Source: a virus
Direction: 5' to 3' (one strand)
IMG/VR virus record: IMGVR_UViG_3300017746_000001
Coordinates: 1-64,000 of that record
DNA: 64,000 nt
The notes under the pieces were generated by a model. It was not told the origin of the DNA. It saw nothing but the letters and a program-made list of their open reading frames with translations, and did no database searches. This document shows positions 36,352-46,064 of this stretch, piece after piece. Both the position numbers and the translations under genes were made by a program. Every line of letters starts with the position of its first letter. Position 1 is the stretch's first letter.

Positions 36352-39305
36352 TCCAAAGACCCCCTCTGAGCTAGTAATGCCTCCTTCTCATCCTCCTCTT
36401 CGACAAATGCCCTGAATTTTGGCCTTGCTGCTCTCTCTATGTCCTTTGAGTCAGGTAATTTAGTTCGAGGGTGCGCTTTGAGATACCAAGGAACAGGTTG
36501 TAGCGAATCTAATCTAATCTCATTCACCGTTCTTCTCAGCCCGTATTTCTTTGGAATTCTTATCGTCTGAACCGCCCAGTTCTCAACAGTATCTCTTAGT
36601 TTCCCTGCTATTACTAATCCACCTTCATACCCGTCGTATCTTTCGTTCCATCCGATTATGTTCTTTACGAAATCCCTGTCCTTTTTCTTATCTAGGTTGA
36701 ATGTTCGGAGAATGGCCTTTCCAGACTTGTCTCCTGTGTGTTTGAACTTCCAAGGCGGAATCTGTCTGTGACTGGAGAAATTCGCTGTAGGAGGATTCAG
36801 GCTTGCTGCTATCAAAGCCTCAACGCTTGGTTCGAACTCATTAGGAATGAAGGGCTCAGGGCCGTTTATCTTGAACTGGTCAAGAGAAATGTCTGATAGG
36901 AACACTTTGCCTTTGTCTGTTTCGTATTCGGACTTAGCAGTAAGTGTTTCACCTTCGTCTACATTGAAGTCAAGCCCTTCAATGACGGATCTTATTCCAA
37001 CCACTCTAGGGTTGACTAAGTCAGGTAGTTGCTTTACATCAACGATTGAAATTCTTGAAAGCCCTCTTATTTTTTCTGGAACACCCCTAGGAGGAGCAGT
37101 TTGGCCTACAGGCATAACTGGAGATACTTGCATTTCTCTCATCCGGCCTGTTTCTGGGTCTTTGTACTTCATAGGAGGCGTTTCATCCCTCATCCTATCC
37201 TCTGCTGCTGACTTTGCTCTGTCCAAATTATCAACTAATTGAGTTGTTCGTGAATATATTGGTTGCATTTTCAGATTCATATTCTCGAATTCCACTTCAA
37301 GGATCAAATCTGACTCTAATGGATCCACAAATACCATGTTGCCGTCTTGATGTGTTGCGTATTCTGATAAATGAGATAGTAGGGCTCTCCTGTCTTGAAC
37401 ACTTATTCCTCTGAATGCCCCTACTTTACCTATTGAATTGAATAATGTTTTTTTCTTCTTTTTTGTTCTTATTTTTTCACCCGTATTTGCATCGATTACA
37501 GGCTTTTGTATTTCTCCTTCGCTTACTACTCCTAGGAGGACTGTTCCGATTTCTCCATTCTCGAACCTCTTTCCTTTAGCTTCGAACCCTAGAACTGTTG
37601 CTGTGGCTTTCATTCTTTTCTTGTAGTAAGATGTTTTACCTGCAACAATTACCCCTAGTTCGATTGCATTTCCATTGATTACTTCATCTTCGAATACAGA
37701 TAGTGCCTCTCCCGAACTGTGCTTTACAGGCATTATGTTCTCTCCGATTAAATGTGCAAGTTCCTCTAGGTCTTTCTTGGCATCTTTGCTGTTTATTCTT
37801 CCTTCGATGTGTAAAGTCACATTCTCCCAGTCCGAAGATTCGAAAGACAGGAGTTTTGCAGGTAGGTTGGGGTCAATTGTCGGCTTGGATGCTAAAGTTC
37901 CAAAGATTACTTCTTCTTTGCCCTCATCCATCATAGCGTCTATTTGCGCTAGTTGTATTATGCCTGCTCGAACTGAACCGTCTTTGAAACCCGCCATAGT
38001 TGAGCTTCCAGAGTTTGCATTTACTACTACGCTTCTTCCATAAGGAACCGCGAATGTTATTTCTGGGTCGTCAGGCAATATTTCTATTTCCTCTGTTTTC
38101 TCTCTCCTATGTTTTCTCTCGGCCTCGCCCAGTTTGTCATTGTTTACTTCCATTATTCGTTCTTCTTTGGGGATTTTTGATTCTTTAATCAATCCTGCCC
38201 CTCGTAAGAATGAGAACACTATCGGAGCATGCACACCTATATTGTAGGCCGCCACTAAAGGATGCCCGTCATATGCGGGATCGTATTCATCATTATGTAT
38301 TGGCACTATAGCATAGCCCATTCCAGTCAGATTGTGTGAGAAAAATCCCTTCTTGTTGCTTGAGGTCTTACTAGGAGGCCTAGGTATGTCTAAAGATAGT
38401 GGACTTAATGAACTAGATGTTGGATAACTTGCTTCAACTTTATCGGTTTTACCAGAACCCTCTAGCACCTTTGTACCGATGCTCTCGAATCCTACATCTG
38501 CCGCTACTGCTTCTGGGCTTTCATTTAGTATGAAAAGAAGCATTTTCCTCAATCCAGCACCGCAGAGCATAGTTTGAACGCCCTTTTCGTTAAGCCTTAA
38601 CTCGAAGTCTTGGGCGATTGCGACTTCTGGCCTTCTTATGTTCCTACTTGCAGTCAATTCTATTACAGTAATCCCCTCTATATTGAACCCCGTAGTTTCT
38701 GAGGACAATGCAGACTTCAACCTACCCTTCGTTACATTGAATCCTGCCCTGTCTTTCTCTTCCAAGATTCTTTCGAGATATGATAGAACTCTCTTTCTAT
38801 ATGTGTTGTGTAATTCATTCAACCTTTCGATTCTCATTAGTGTCTTCTCATCACCTAAGCCTTCGTTGACAACAGTTAGTAGGCTTACAGGGTATTTCTG
38901 AAGCTCTGAAAGGTTCGGACCCTCCCTAGATCTGCGGCTCTCAAGCCTATGCATGACTCTAGCATTCCCTTCGAATAACTCTGCTACCACTTGAATTGGC
39001 ACACCAGGGTAGTCCTCTTCCAATATGATAACTGGCCTCCCATGACCAAACTTCTTTTTCTTAATCCCCCATGAAATAGATGCTGTAGGCTCTGCGAGTT
39101 GTGCGCCTGGGGCTAATGTATTCGCAGTTCGAGGGAGAAAGAAATCTTTAGGAGATTTGGTTAGGAAAGCCCCGTTCCTTCCGGTTGAAGTTATTATGCT
39201 AGCCTTTGCTCTCTGGGCAAACTTGTCCTCGCTGAGTTGAGAGAACCTAAAATATGGGCTGTTCTTGAGAATGTAAGTAGCCGTTTCAGGTAAGCTTGTC
39301 TGCAT
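36348..39305 (-). CDS. Large protein with a degenerate ATP-dependent DNA ligase-like C-terminal/OB region
   Basis: ATVLGF..G..GTVLLGV...IGKVG...L...L..VDP...ILEVEF resembles a ligase OB domain. No clear adenylation KxDG motif was seen. Confidence 0.5.
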   Translation of the reverse strand: MQTSLPETATYILKNSPYFRFSQLSEDKFAQRAKASIITSTGRNGAFLTKSPKDFFLPRTANTLAPGAQLAEPTASISWGIKKKKFGHGRPVIILEEDYPGVPIQVVAELFEGNARVMHRLESRRSREGPNLSELQKYPVSLLTVVNEGLGDEKTLMRIERLNELHNTYRKRVLSYLERILEEKDRAGFNVTKGRLKSALSSETTGFNIEGITVIELTASRNIRRPEVAIAQDFELRLNEKGVQTMLCGAGLRKMLLFILNESPEAVAADVGFESIGTKVLEGSGKTDKVEASYPTSSSLSPLSLDIPRPPSKTSSNKKGFFSHNLTGMGYAIVPIHNDEYDPAYDGHPLVAAYNIGVHAPIVFSFLRGAGLIKESKIPKEERIMEVNNDKLGEAERKHRREKTEEIEILPDDPEITFAVPYGRSVVVNANSGSSTMAGFKDGSVRAGIIQLAQIDAMMDEGKEEVIFGTLASKPTIDPNLPAKLLSFESSDWENVTLHIEGRINSKDAKKDLEELAHLIGENIMPVKHSSGEALSVFEDEVINGNAIELGVIVAGKTSYYKKRMKATATVLGFEAKGKRFENGEIGTVLLGVVSEGEIQKPVIDANTGEKIRTKKKKKTLFNSIGKVGAFRGISVQDRRALLSHLSEYATHQDGNMVFVDPLESDLILEVEFENMNLKMQPIYSRTTQLVDNLDRAKSAAEDRMRDETPPMKYKDPETGRMREMQVSPVMPVGQTAPPRGVPEKIRGLSRISIVDVKQLPDLVNPRVVGIRSVIEGLDFNVDEGETLTAKSEYETDKGKVFLSDISLDQFKINGPEPFIPNEFEPSVEALIAASLNPPTANFSSHRQIPPWKFKHTGDKSGKAILRTFNLDKKKDRDFVKNIIGWNERYDGYEGGLVIAGKLRDTVENWAVQTIRIPKKYGLRRTVNEIRLDSLQPVPWYLKAHPRTKLPDSKDIERAARPKFRAFVEEEDEKEALLAQRGSLD

Positions 39306-42040
39306 CAGATGAAGCCTCCTACTTGCGTTATTGGCGAAACTTCACCCGTGTATACTGCAGGTTCTAGAGACATTGAGTCACTTTGCTTGCCATATGCTAT
39401 CAAAACAGCCATCAGGAATCCCTCTCCCCTTTCTTCCTCTACTGCAGAGATGAATGCGTCTACCATTTCAGCATATCTTCCAGGCTTGTAGTATGAAAGT
39501 GCCTTTGCCGTATGATAGGCTGCCGCTACTTCGGTAAATGCTTCTGTCGATAGGGGGTTGCTACCATAAGCCCATGAAAGGAAATCAGAAATCTCTTCCT
39601 TGTTTCTCTTACGATCTATCGCGGCAAAGTCGCTAGGTAGAGAAGGCATCCATGTAGGTACTGAAATTTTGAGTTTAGCCTTTGACTTTGCTAAGAACCT
39701 CAATACTGCTGCGAACGCATAAGGTTCAGGGGGGTCGCCTTCTGCATCAGTCAGTAAGGCTTTCCAGAACTCGGGCAGGTTTGCATCTTTCGCGTTCGTA
39801 CCTCTTGAACGCATTCTAATTGGATAAAACGCCAATCTGTAATATGACAATACTATCAATGCTAGATTGTTCATCAATGTGGTTTCTTTCAATTTAACAT
39901 CAAATTCAGTTGTTGGTGCTTGGAAGAATGTAGGCACCCCCGAATCATCGACTGCGGAAATCGAGATAAGTCCTAGTTCGGCAAGCGACCACACGCACAT
40001 TAGCTTCGCTGGATTTTTACTGTATTGCTCGAATACTAGCGATTGGCCTAACGCGGTGATACCTTCGTTTCTTTCAGATGACCTTACTGCTGCTTCAAAA
40101 ATTGTCACGAGTTGTTCGTGGTGCAACATCGCATGATATGTTGCAGGCCCAGGGGTGTCGTATGTCCCTATTAGTGAGGCTACTGCTATATCGAAAGGAG
40201 ATTTTGTCCTTTCTCTTTCTCCGATTGCGATAGAGTTTTTCTTTATTATGTAAAGCAAGATATTCCCTAGTGCTTGAAATGCCCTTGATAATCCATAATC
40301 CTCTTCACCAAGTTCGTCAGAAGATATTACTTGGTCTAGCATAAATATTCTCGAAACATACAACTCGTCGTAAACATTATCCAGAACAGGTTCGAATAAT
40401 GCATATTCACCTTGAGTGTATCTTCCCGCGCCCATTGAAGGATCATCTTTGGTTTCGCCCTCTAAAGGATTGTAAATGTGTTTCCATACAACTTCCCATT
40501 GTTTCAGACCCATATTCTTAGTTGCTACATTACCAAATTTTCTGCGGAAATTTTTATCTAATCGTTTCTCTATTTCTGATTCTGTTATCTTGGCTTTGTC
40601 GAGAACAAATCTTTGGTCATTGAAATATTCATTGTCAACATCACTTACCACTATTATTTTGTCATCAGTTATGTTTACGATTTTGACTGTTGTATATGCA
40701 GCAGTTTCAATATAATAATCTATATCTCTCATCTCGCTTATCAATTCATCTAATGCTTCGTTGTCGTTTTCATCCTCGTACTTCTGCTTAATGAGTAGCA
40801 GATTTGCTTCTCTATCATCCCAATCAAAATTTACATCAATTGACAAGAAATCTTGCATAATCTCTCTACCGTTGTCAGCCGTATATGCTAGAAGCATCCA
40901 GTTAGGTATATTGATTGTATCGTTAACAGTCACTCTATCTGTTGTGTATTCCTCTGTGGTTTTGTTGATATTACTAAAGATTTTGAAGTCCCCTCCAGAT
41001 TCAGCACCTCCAAGTATCATTTCCTCAATATATACGAAAACATCTTCTAATATTTCAGAATCAACGCAGTAGTATGCACCATATTTTTTTTCTCTTGGTA
41101 GTGTTTTGATTAGATTTGCTACACCCTTTTTGAATTTGGTTTTGCTGAAGCTTGGTAGCATCGAGTATATGTTCTGCAGAATTCCTATCTCAGTTGTCCC
41201 TGCACCGCCTGATGTTTCTCTATCCACAACGGCAGGCTTTGTTTTATCCGCTTCAATGGGTTCGTTGAATCTGATTGTTGTTTGAAGAGGAAGGATGTCA
41301 TATATTCTATCAATTCCTGTCTCATCCTCTGGTGCAAGATTGATTGCATCGGTAATAAGAGTTTCAATGTCTTCAGATAATTCAGATATTCTCTGGATTT
41401 CTTCTTGTTTCAAATTGAATGCTTCGTCGGCCTGTTTTGATAGCATTGCTGCTATATATCTTGACGCATAATAGTGTACTAACGGAGTTGAGGCGACTTT
41501 TTTCCCCCCATCTTCTCCTCTTTTGTTCTTTGAGTTTGGAATTGCTTTTTGGTATTCTTTTATTTTCTGGTCTAGACGCTTGATCTGTGGTTGCGTAAGA
41601 CCTGTTTTGTTCATTGTTGGTTTTTCTGGTCGAGAAATTGGTAGTGCAACCTTTAGGTTATTATCATTTAAATTTCTTATGTCCATCCCTCCGTTTGGCC
41701 TAGGAAGAATAGGCGACCAATCGGCAAAGTCTGTGTTTTGGTAGTTTGCATTTTTTCCTGAAAGGACTTCCTTTACAGTCCCATTAGTTTTTAGATTGTT
41801 TTCGTCTATGAATTTTCCGAAGGTATCTGCTTCAAGAAAATGAAGAGATACCAATGCAGACGGACCATCGAGGACTATGCCTTTGGCGTTTTTTCCTGCA
41901 GCGCCTTTTAGGTCTGGTATTTCCGAATCTGTGTCCATCAAGTCATTGTATTCTTTGAATGTTTGCCCATCTGCTCTTAATGTCCCAAACCCGACTTTGT
42001 GTTCGAGTGCTTTTTCGAGAGTATCAATGGATTCCGGCAC
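39305..42040 (-). CDS. Large hypothetical protein (911 aa)
   Basis: Long ORF coupled to its neighbours; no recognised motif. Confidence 0.8.
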   Translation of the reverse strand: MPESIDTLEKALEHKVGFGTLRADGQTFKEYNDLMDTDSEIPDLKGAAGKNAKGIVLDGPSALVSLHFLEADTFGKFIDENNLKTNGTVKEVLSGKNANYQNTDFADWSPILPRPNGGMDIRNLNDNNLKVALPISRPEKPTMNKTGLTQPQIKRLDQKIKEYQKAIPNSKNKRGEDGGKKVASTPLVHYYASRYIAAMLSKQADEAFNLKQEEIQRISELSEDIETLITDAINLAPEDETGIDRIYDILPLQTTIRFNEPIEADKTKPAVVDRETSGGAGTTEIGILQNIYSMLPSFSKTKFKKGVANLIKTLPREKKYGAYYCVDSEILEDVFVYIEEMILGGAESGGDFKIFSNINKTTEEYTTDRVTVNDTINIPNWMLLAYTADNGREIMQDFLSIDVNFDWDDREANLLLIKQKYEDENDNEALDELISEMRDIDYYIETAAYTTVKIVNITDDKIIVVSDVDNEYFNDQRFVLDKAKITESEIEKRLDKNFRRKFGNVATKNMGLKQWEVVWKHIYNPLEGETKDDPSMGAGRYTQGEYALFEPVLDNVYDELYVSRIFMLDQVISSDELGEEDYGLSRAFQALGNILLYIIKKNSIAIGERERTKSPFDIAVASLIGTYDTPGPATYHAMLHHEQLVTIFEAAVRSSERNEGITALGQSLVFEQYSKNPAKLMCVWSLAELGLISISAVDDSGVPTFFQAPTTEFDVKLKETTLMNNLALIVLSYYRLAFYPIRMRSRGTNAKDANLPEFWKALLTDAEGDPPEPYAFAAVLRFLAKSKAKLKISVPTWMPSLPSDFAAIDRKRNKEEISDFLSWAYGSNPLSTEAFTEVAAAYHTAKALSYYKPGRYAEMVDAFISAVEEERGEGFLMAVLIAYGKQSDSMSLEPAVYTGEVSPITQVGGFI

Positions 42041-42051
42041 ACCAAATCCCC

Positions 42052-42282
42052 TCAGACATCTTCATCTCTTGCTGCAGAAATCGCTCCCGATATAGTTTGA
42101 ATGATTAGCAGGTTAGCTACACCCAACGCTAATGCATAGAATCCAAATCGGACTGGATTTGAAAATATTCCAATAGGGCCGTAAAGTGCCTGATCTAATT
42201 CTCTAGAGAAGGTGTTTTGTATTGCGTTCACTTCTTTGTTCAAATCAAAACTCATCTTAATCCACCAACCATAGTTTACCAT
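42052..42282 (-). CDS. Small TM protein
   Basis: FGFYALALGVANLLIIQ; likely start ATG 42255. Confidence 0.6.
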   Translation of the reverse strand: MVNYGWWIKMSFDLNKEVNAIQNTFSRELDQALYGPIGIFSNPVRFGFYALALGVANLLIIQTISGAISAARDEDV

Positions 42283-42853
42283 CTGCTCTTTCTTCTATCT
42301 TCCAATCGCCACCAAGTATCATCATTATTCTATCATAACCAGGAGGAGGGCAAGTCACATACAACTTAGGTGGATCTCCACCCTCTTCTCCAAAATGATG
42401 TATGTAGTCGTCTTGCTCGCCATTCTTGTTAGTCTTACCAGATGTGTAGCCTATGAACGGGCAATCCCCCTCTCCTAGTGCCACTAAAGGACTGTTCTCA
42501 TCAGGAAGCCAAACTGTCTTTGATACGATTTCCGTTGGTTCTGCACCGTTGAATTGCCTATACAGGTCTATTGCATCACCATCGACTTTTGTTTTCTTGG
42601 ATTTCTTTTTTCCTCCAAGATGAGGATTCAACTTGGCCTTTACCTTCTTAGTTGGTAAAATCCACTTCTTTGATATTTTGTTGGGTGCTGTGCCGTCTTT
42701 GAAATTGACATCGTGGCCCCAGGACTTGAGTCCTCTGCAAAGAGCTTCTAATCCGAGTAAGTGGTGTGTGGCGTTAGAGTTGCCATCGAATGTGACTATG
42801 AAATCACCGTTCTTCTCTTCCATAGTCACCTCCCACTTCGACTTCTTTGCCAT
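42257..42853 (-). CDS. Two-module hypothetical protein split by an LNP motif
   Basis: GAGGTGA RBS; KLNPH followed by a LYRQFNG...YIHHFGEEGG module. Confidence 0.75.
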   Translation of the reverse strand: MAKKSKWEVTMEEKNGDFIVTFDGNSNATHHLLGLEALCRGLKSWGHDVNFKDGTAPNKISKKWILPTKKVKAKLNPHLGGKKKSKKTKVDGDAIDLYRQFNGAEPTEIVSKTVWLPDENSPLVALGEGDCPFIGYTSGKTNKNGEQDDYIHHFGEEGGDPPKLYVTCPPPGYDRIMMILGGDWKIEERADGKLWLVD

Positions 42854-42857
42854 TATA

Positions 42858-45800
42858 TCACCTCATTTCGTATTTTGCACCGCAGTCGTGGCACTTGTAT
42901 ATCCTGCCATTCTTCATCAATTTCACTTCGCTACCACATGGCTTGCTTCGCTTGGTTTTCTTGTAAGTGCATTTCAATTTGGGAGATGATTCCGCCCTAC
43001 TTGTGTATTCTCCTGACTTGAATTTATCATGGCCGCACTTCTCGCACTTGTCTTTGAGGCTTTTCATCGTCTGCCTGTGTCCACATTTTTGACATTCTGC
43101 AGTTATTGGGTTGCTCTTTGGAGGTTTAGTCATCTTGATAGCGTCTGCAGTAGCGATCAGAGTCAGAGTAACTGTTTGCGAAATCATCTCGTAGTCTACT
43201 TTCAAGTTGGCAACAGCGTTGCCTCCTTTTGCTTTCGCTCTGTCAGAGAGTTCTTGTTGCATACTTGCTATAGCCATAGCCATTCTTTTTTCGGCCATTG
43301 ATGTCCTTCCACCAATAAGTCCTCGGTATATGCCTTGAACTGTCTCGCCAATATCTTTTACGAAGTTTCTTCCGATTTGGACTTCGGATGAAACCAGGCC
43401 TTTGTTAGTGAACTTAGATGATGGCGCACCTGCGTAAATAGGGAGAACATTTGCGGGGTTGCTCTTTACCTCGCCTCGAGCGAATTTATTTTGAAAACTC
43501 TTTGAGAATTTTGGTTTTGACTGAGGTATCGTATTGAATCCTTTCTTGTTGGCTTTACCTATTTCTTTTTGAGATACTACGATATACACATTCCCCTTTT
43601 GCATTATCACATATTCTTGACCGTGTTCTGCCGCCACCATATCTTGTAGTGCTTTGGCATGATTTAATCCATTTGCTTGAAGAGAGGCAGGTAAAGGAGG
43701 GTTTTTCTTAGTTGGTCCTTTACCAAAATCCACATCACCACTTGACTTTATGAAACCAATTAATTTCTCTTTATTTTCTTTGTCATATCGGTCTACATCT
43801 TTCCAAAACTCGTATAATTTAAGGGGGCTTCCGGCTACTGCTTTATATTGTTCTGCAAGTTCCATTACTTTAGTCATGTCTCCTGTTCCCATTGCGTCCT
43901 TGCCTGATAGGAGGGCTCCCGTATTTGTCTCTACGGTGCTGTCATCTTCTTCGGTGGCTTCTGCTTCCTCTTCTTTTCTATCCGCTTCTGCCTTAGAGGT
44001 CCACTGGTCGAATTCTTCGAATACTGGGCCTGAGTTTGATTGGAAGTCTATTCCGGCCTGGCCTATTTTTCCGAGTAAATCGCTAGGAAGGCCAGGGCGC
44101 TCTCCGGAGTCTCCTTCCCATGTGTCTTTCCACAATTTCTTCGCATATTCTTTGTTCTCTTTTTTAGTCTTCGCCGCATCATCGGATTTATTATGATAGG
44201 CTGCAAGCTTCCTAAAGAAGTTGATTTTTTTATCATAGTCTAGAATATCTTGTGAAAGTTCTGTGCCGTATGGCATGATGCTTGCCCTGCTCGTTACCCC
44301 TAGACCTTCGATTGCTCTCTCTGCAATACTAGGTTCTTCAACCGCAGGCTCCGTATCACCTAGAGGGTTAAGCATAGTGTAAAGCAACAGAGTCTCTGCT
44401 TCTTTCAGATCATAGTTGTATAGTGACTTCGCTCTAGCGGCAATGATGAATAATAAGTCAAGGCCGTTAATCCTTCCTTGTGGGTCTTGTGCTACTTCTG
44501 CATACTCATCTAATATTTGCATTGTTGGGATGACCCATTTCGAACTCCAACCCTTCGGTTGTTTTCTAAATCCGCCCGAGAATAGAGGCACCAAGTAAAA
44601 TCCACTCGTGCCTTTAATCGGGAACGCTAGTTGCATTTTCACTAATTCATCCATCTTTCTTTTCTTAATTTTCATATTTTTTTGGTTATCATTACCATCA
44701 ACACCTCCTACAAGGAAGAGGTCTTCGAATGATTCTCCATCGACTCTGTCATTATTCGCCCTGTCTAAACTATAATTGATATTTCTACGAATGTTTGCTG
44801 ATGTGATTTTTTCTGCAGCGCCGAAATCCCTGAATCCAATGTCAATCACGCCTTTTGTAGATTCGAATGCCCTTGAGGACGCATTGAAGATTGCCTTTGC
44901 CGCCTCATTTTCATTTTGATTAAAGGCTGCAAGTAGTCTGTTTGCAGATTTTTCCGCGTTTTGTCTAACGAACACAGGTGTTGGGGTTGAATCTTTTTTT
45001 GACGGAGAGACTTCTCCAAGGAGGAAGTCCCACCATGCATTATATTTGGGTTTCTTTGGAGGCCTTTGGTTTTGCCCTAGGTCAAATATGTAGTGTATTA
45101 CATGAGGCTCTGTCATATTGACTGCAGTAGGAGCTATACTGTTCAGGAACTTTTCATTCAAACCTTTTGACTCACTTTGAGTGCCGAGATAAGGCGATAT
45201 TTTTTGCAAATATGGCACATTGTTTAGCCTTGTACCGTGATATGCATTAATTATCCTCGCGAAATCTTTCTGTGTTCTTTCTGTCCTGTCTATGTATTTT
45301 TCATGTCCCTTCAACAAACCGTCAATAAGTGTTTCACGGCTTATTCCTGTAGTTTCTAGATAATTGTCAATCTGTTCTCCACTTACTTCTCCAGGTACTC
45401 CGATTAATCTTGCCATGTCTTCATAACTATTGTAAATTCTAGTTCTGATTTGATCTCTAAGTTGTCTTGCATTTTTAGATGAGACAACTTCGGAACTTGT
45501 AGGTTTGAATCCACGAATTTGCGCTCTTATCCTCTTGTCTGTCGAACCCCTTAGTTTGATAGGTCGAGCAGATGGTGATTTGAAACCGGAAGTAATCTCT
45601 GCCATAGTACGGAATGTCCCTGCTTCATTCATCCTTTTTGCTTGATCTATCTTAGCCATATCGGGAAATAACTTTCTAGATAATTCAGATGACTCGAATC
45701 TTTCTACGGCCTCTGTCGCTTTAGTAGCACTTTCTTCTTCGCTCTCGAAAGGATTGTTCAAAATTATTTTTTCGCTTGGTAAGATGTATATTTTGTCTTC

Positions 45801-46064
45801 GTTGATTACTGCATTCATAGCAGACATCAAATCTATTTCTGTGAGGACTGTCATATCTTTTTTCTTGTTGTATCTCCCTTTTGCTATGACAGTTTCATTA
45901 TTTTGGAATCTGTCGCTTGTCAAAGAGCCCCCATGACCCTTTCTCTTTATTTCATCTCTCTTCATGGCTAATATCGGCATGAAAGCGGCAATTTTCCTGT
46001 CTTTGATTTTATCTCTTTCTTTCCTTGAGAAATTCAGAGGAGTTATTCGCCCTTTTACATTCAT
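42858..46064 (-). CDS. 1068-aa polyprotein-like protein with YbjQ/UPF0145-like and Zn-ribbon modules
   Basis: GLVSSE..IGRNFVKDI..GGR...A...GGNAV.NLKVDYE..A.ADAI is bounded by KSNP on both sides. C-terminal CQKC/CEKC/CHDC. Confidence 0.8.
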   Translation of the reverse strand: MNVKGRITPLNFSRKERDKIKDRKIAAFMPILAMKRDEIKRKGHGGSLTSDRFQNNETVIAKGRYNKKKDMTVLTEIDLMSAMNAVINEDKIYILPSEKIILNNPFESEEESATKATEAVERFESSELSRKLFPDMAKIDQAKRMNEAGTFRTMAEITSGFKSPSARPIKLRGSTDKRIRAQIRGFKPTSSEVVSSKNARQLRDQIRTRIYNSYEDMARLIGVPGEVSGEQIDNYLETTGISRETLIDGLLKGHEKYIDRTERTQKDFARIINAYHGTRLNNVPYLQKISPYLGTQSESKGLNEKFLNSIAPTAVNMTEPHVIHYIFDLGQNQRPPKKPKYNAWWDFLLGEVSPSKKDSTPTPVFVRQNAEKSANRLLAAFNQNENEAAKAIFNASSRAFESTKGVIDIGFRDFGAAEKITSANIRRNINYSLDRANNDRVDGESFEDLFLVGGVDGNDNQKNMKIKKRKMDELVKMQLAFPIKGTSGFYLVPLFSGGFRKQPKGWSSKWVIPTMQILDEYAEVAQDPQGRINGLDLLFIIAARAKSLYNYDLKEAETLLLYTMLNPLGDTEPAVEEPSIAERAIEGLGVTSRASIMPYGTELSQDILDYDKKINFFRKLAAYHNKSDDAAKTKKENKEYAKKLWKDTWEGDSGERPGLPSDLLGKIGQAGIDFQSNSGPVFEEFDQWTSKAEADRKEEEAEATEEDDSTVETNTGALLSGKDAMGTGDMTKVMELAEQYKAVAGSPLKLYEFWKDVDRYDKENKEKLIGFIKSSGDVDFGKGPTKKNPPLPASLQANGLNHAKALQDMVAAEHGQEYVIMQKGNVYIVVSQKEIGKANKKGFNTIPQSKPKFSKSFQNKFARGEVKSNPANVLPIYAGAPSSKFTNKGLVSSEVQIGRNFVKDIGETVQGIYRGLIGGRTSMAEKRMAMAIASMQQELSDRAKAKGGNAVANLKVDYEMISQTVTLTLIATADAIKMTKPPKSNPITAECQKCGHRQTMKSLKDKCEKCGHDKFKSGEYTSRAESSPKLKCTYKKTKRSKPCGSEVKLMKNGRIYKCHDCGAKYEMR

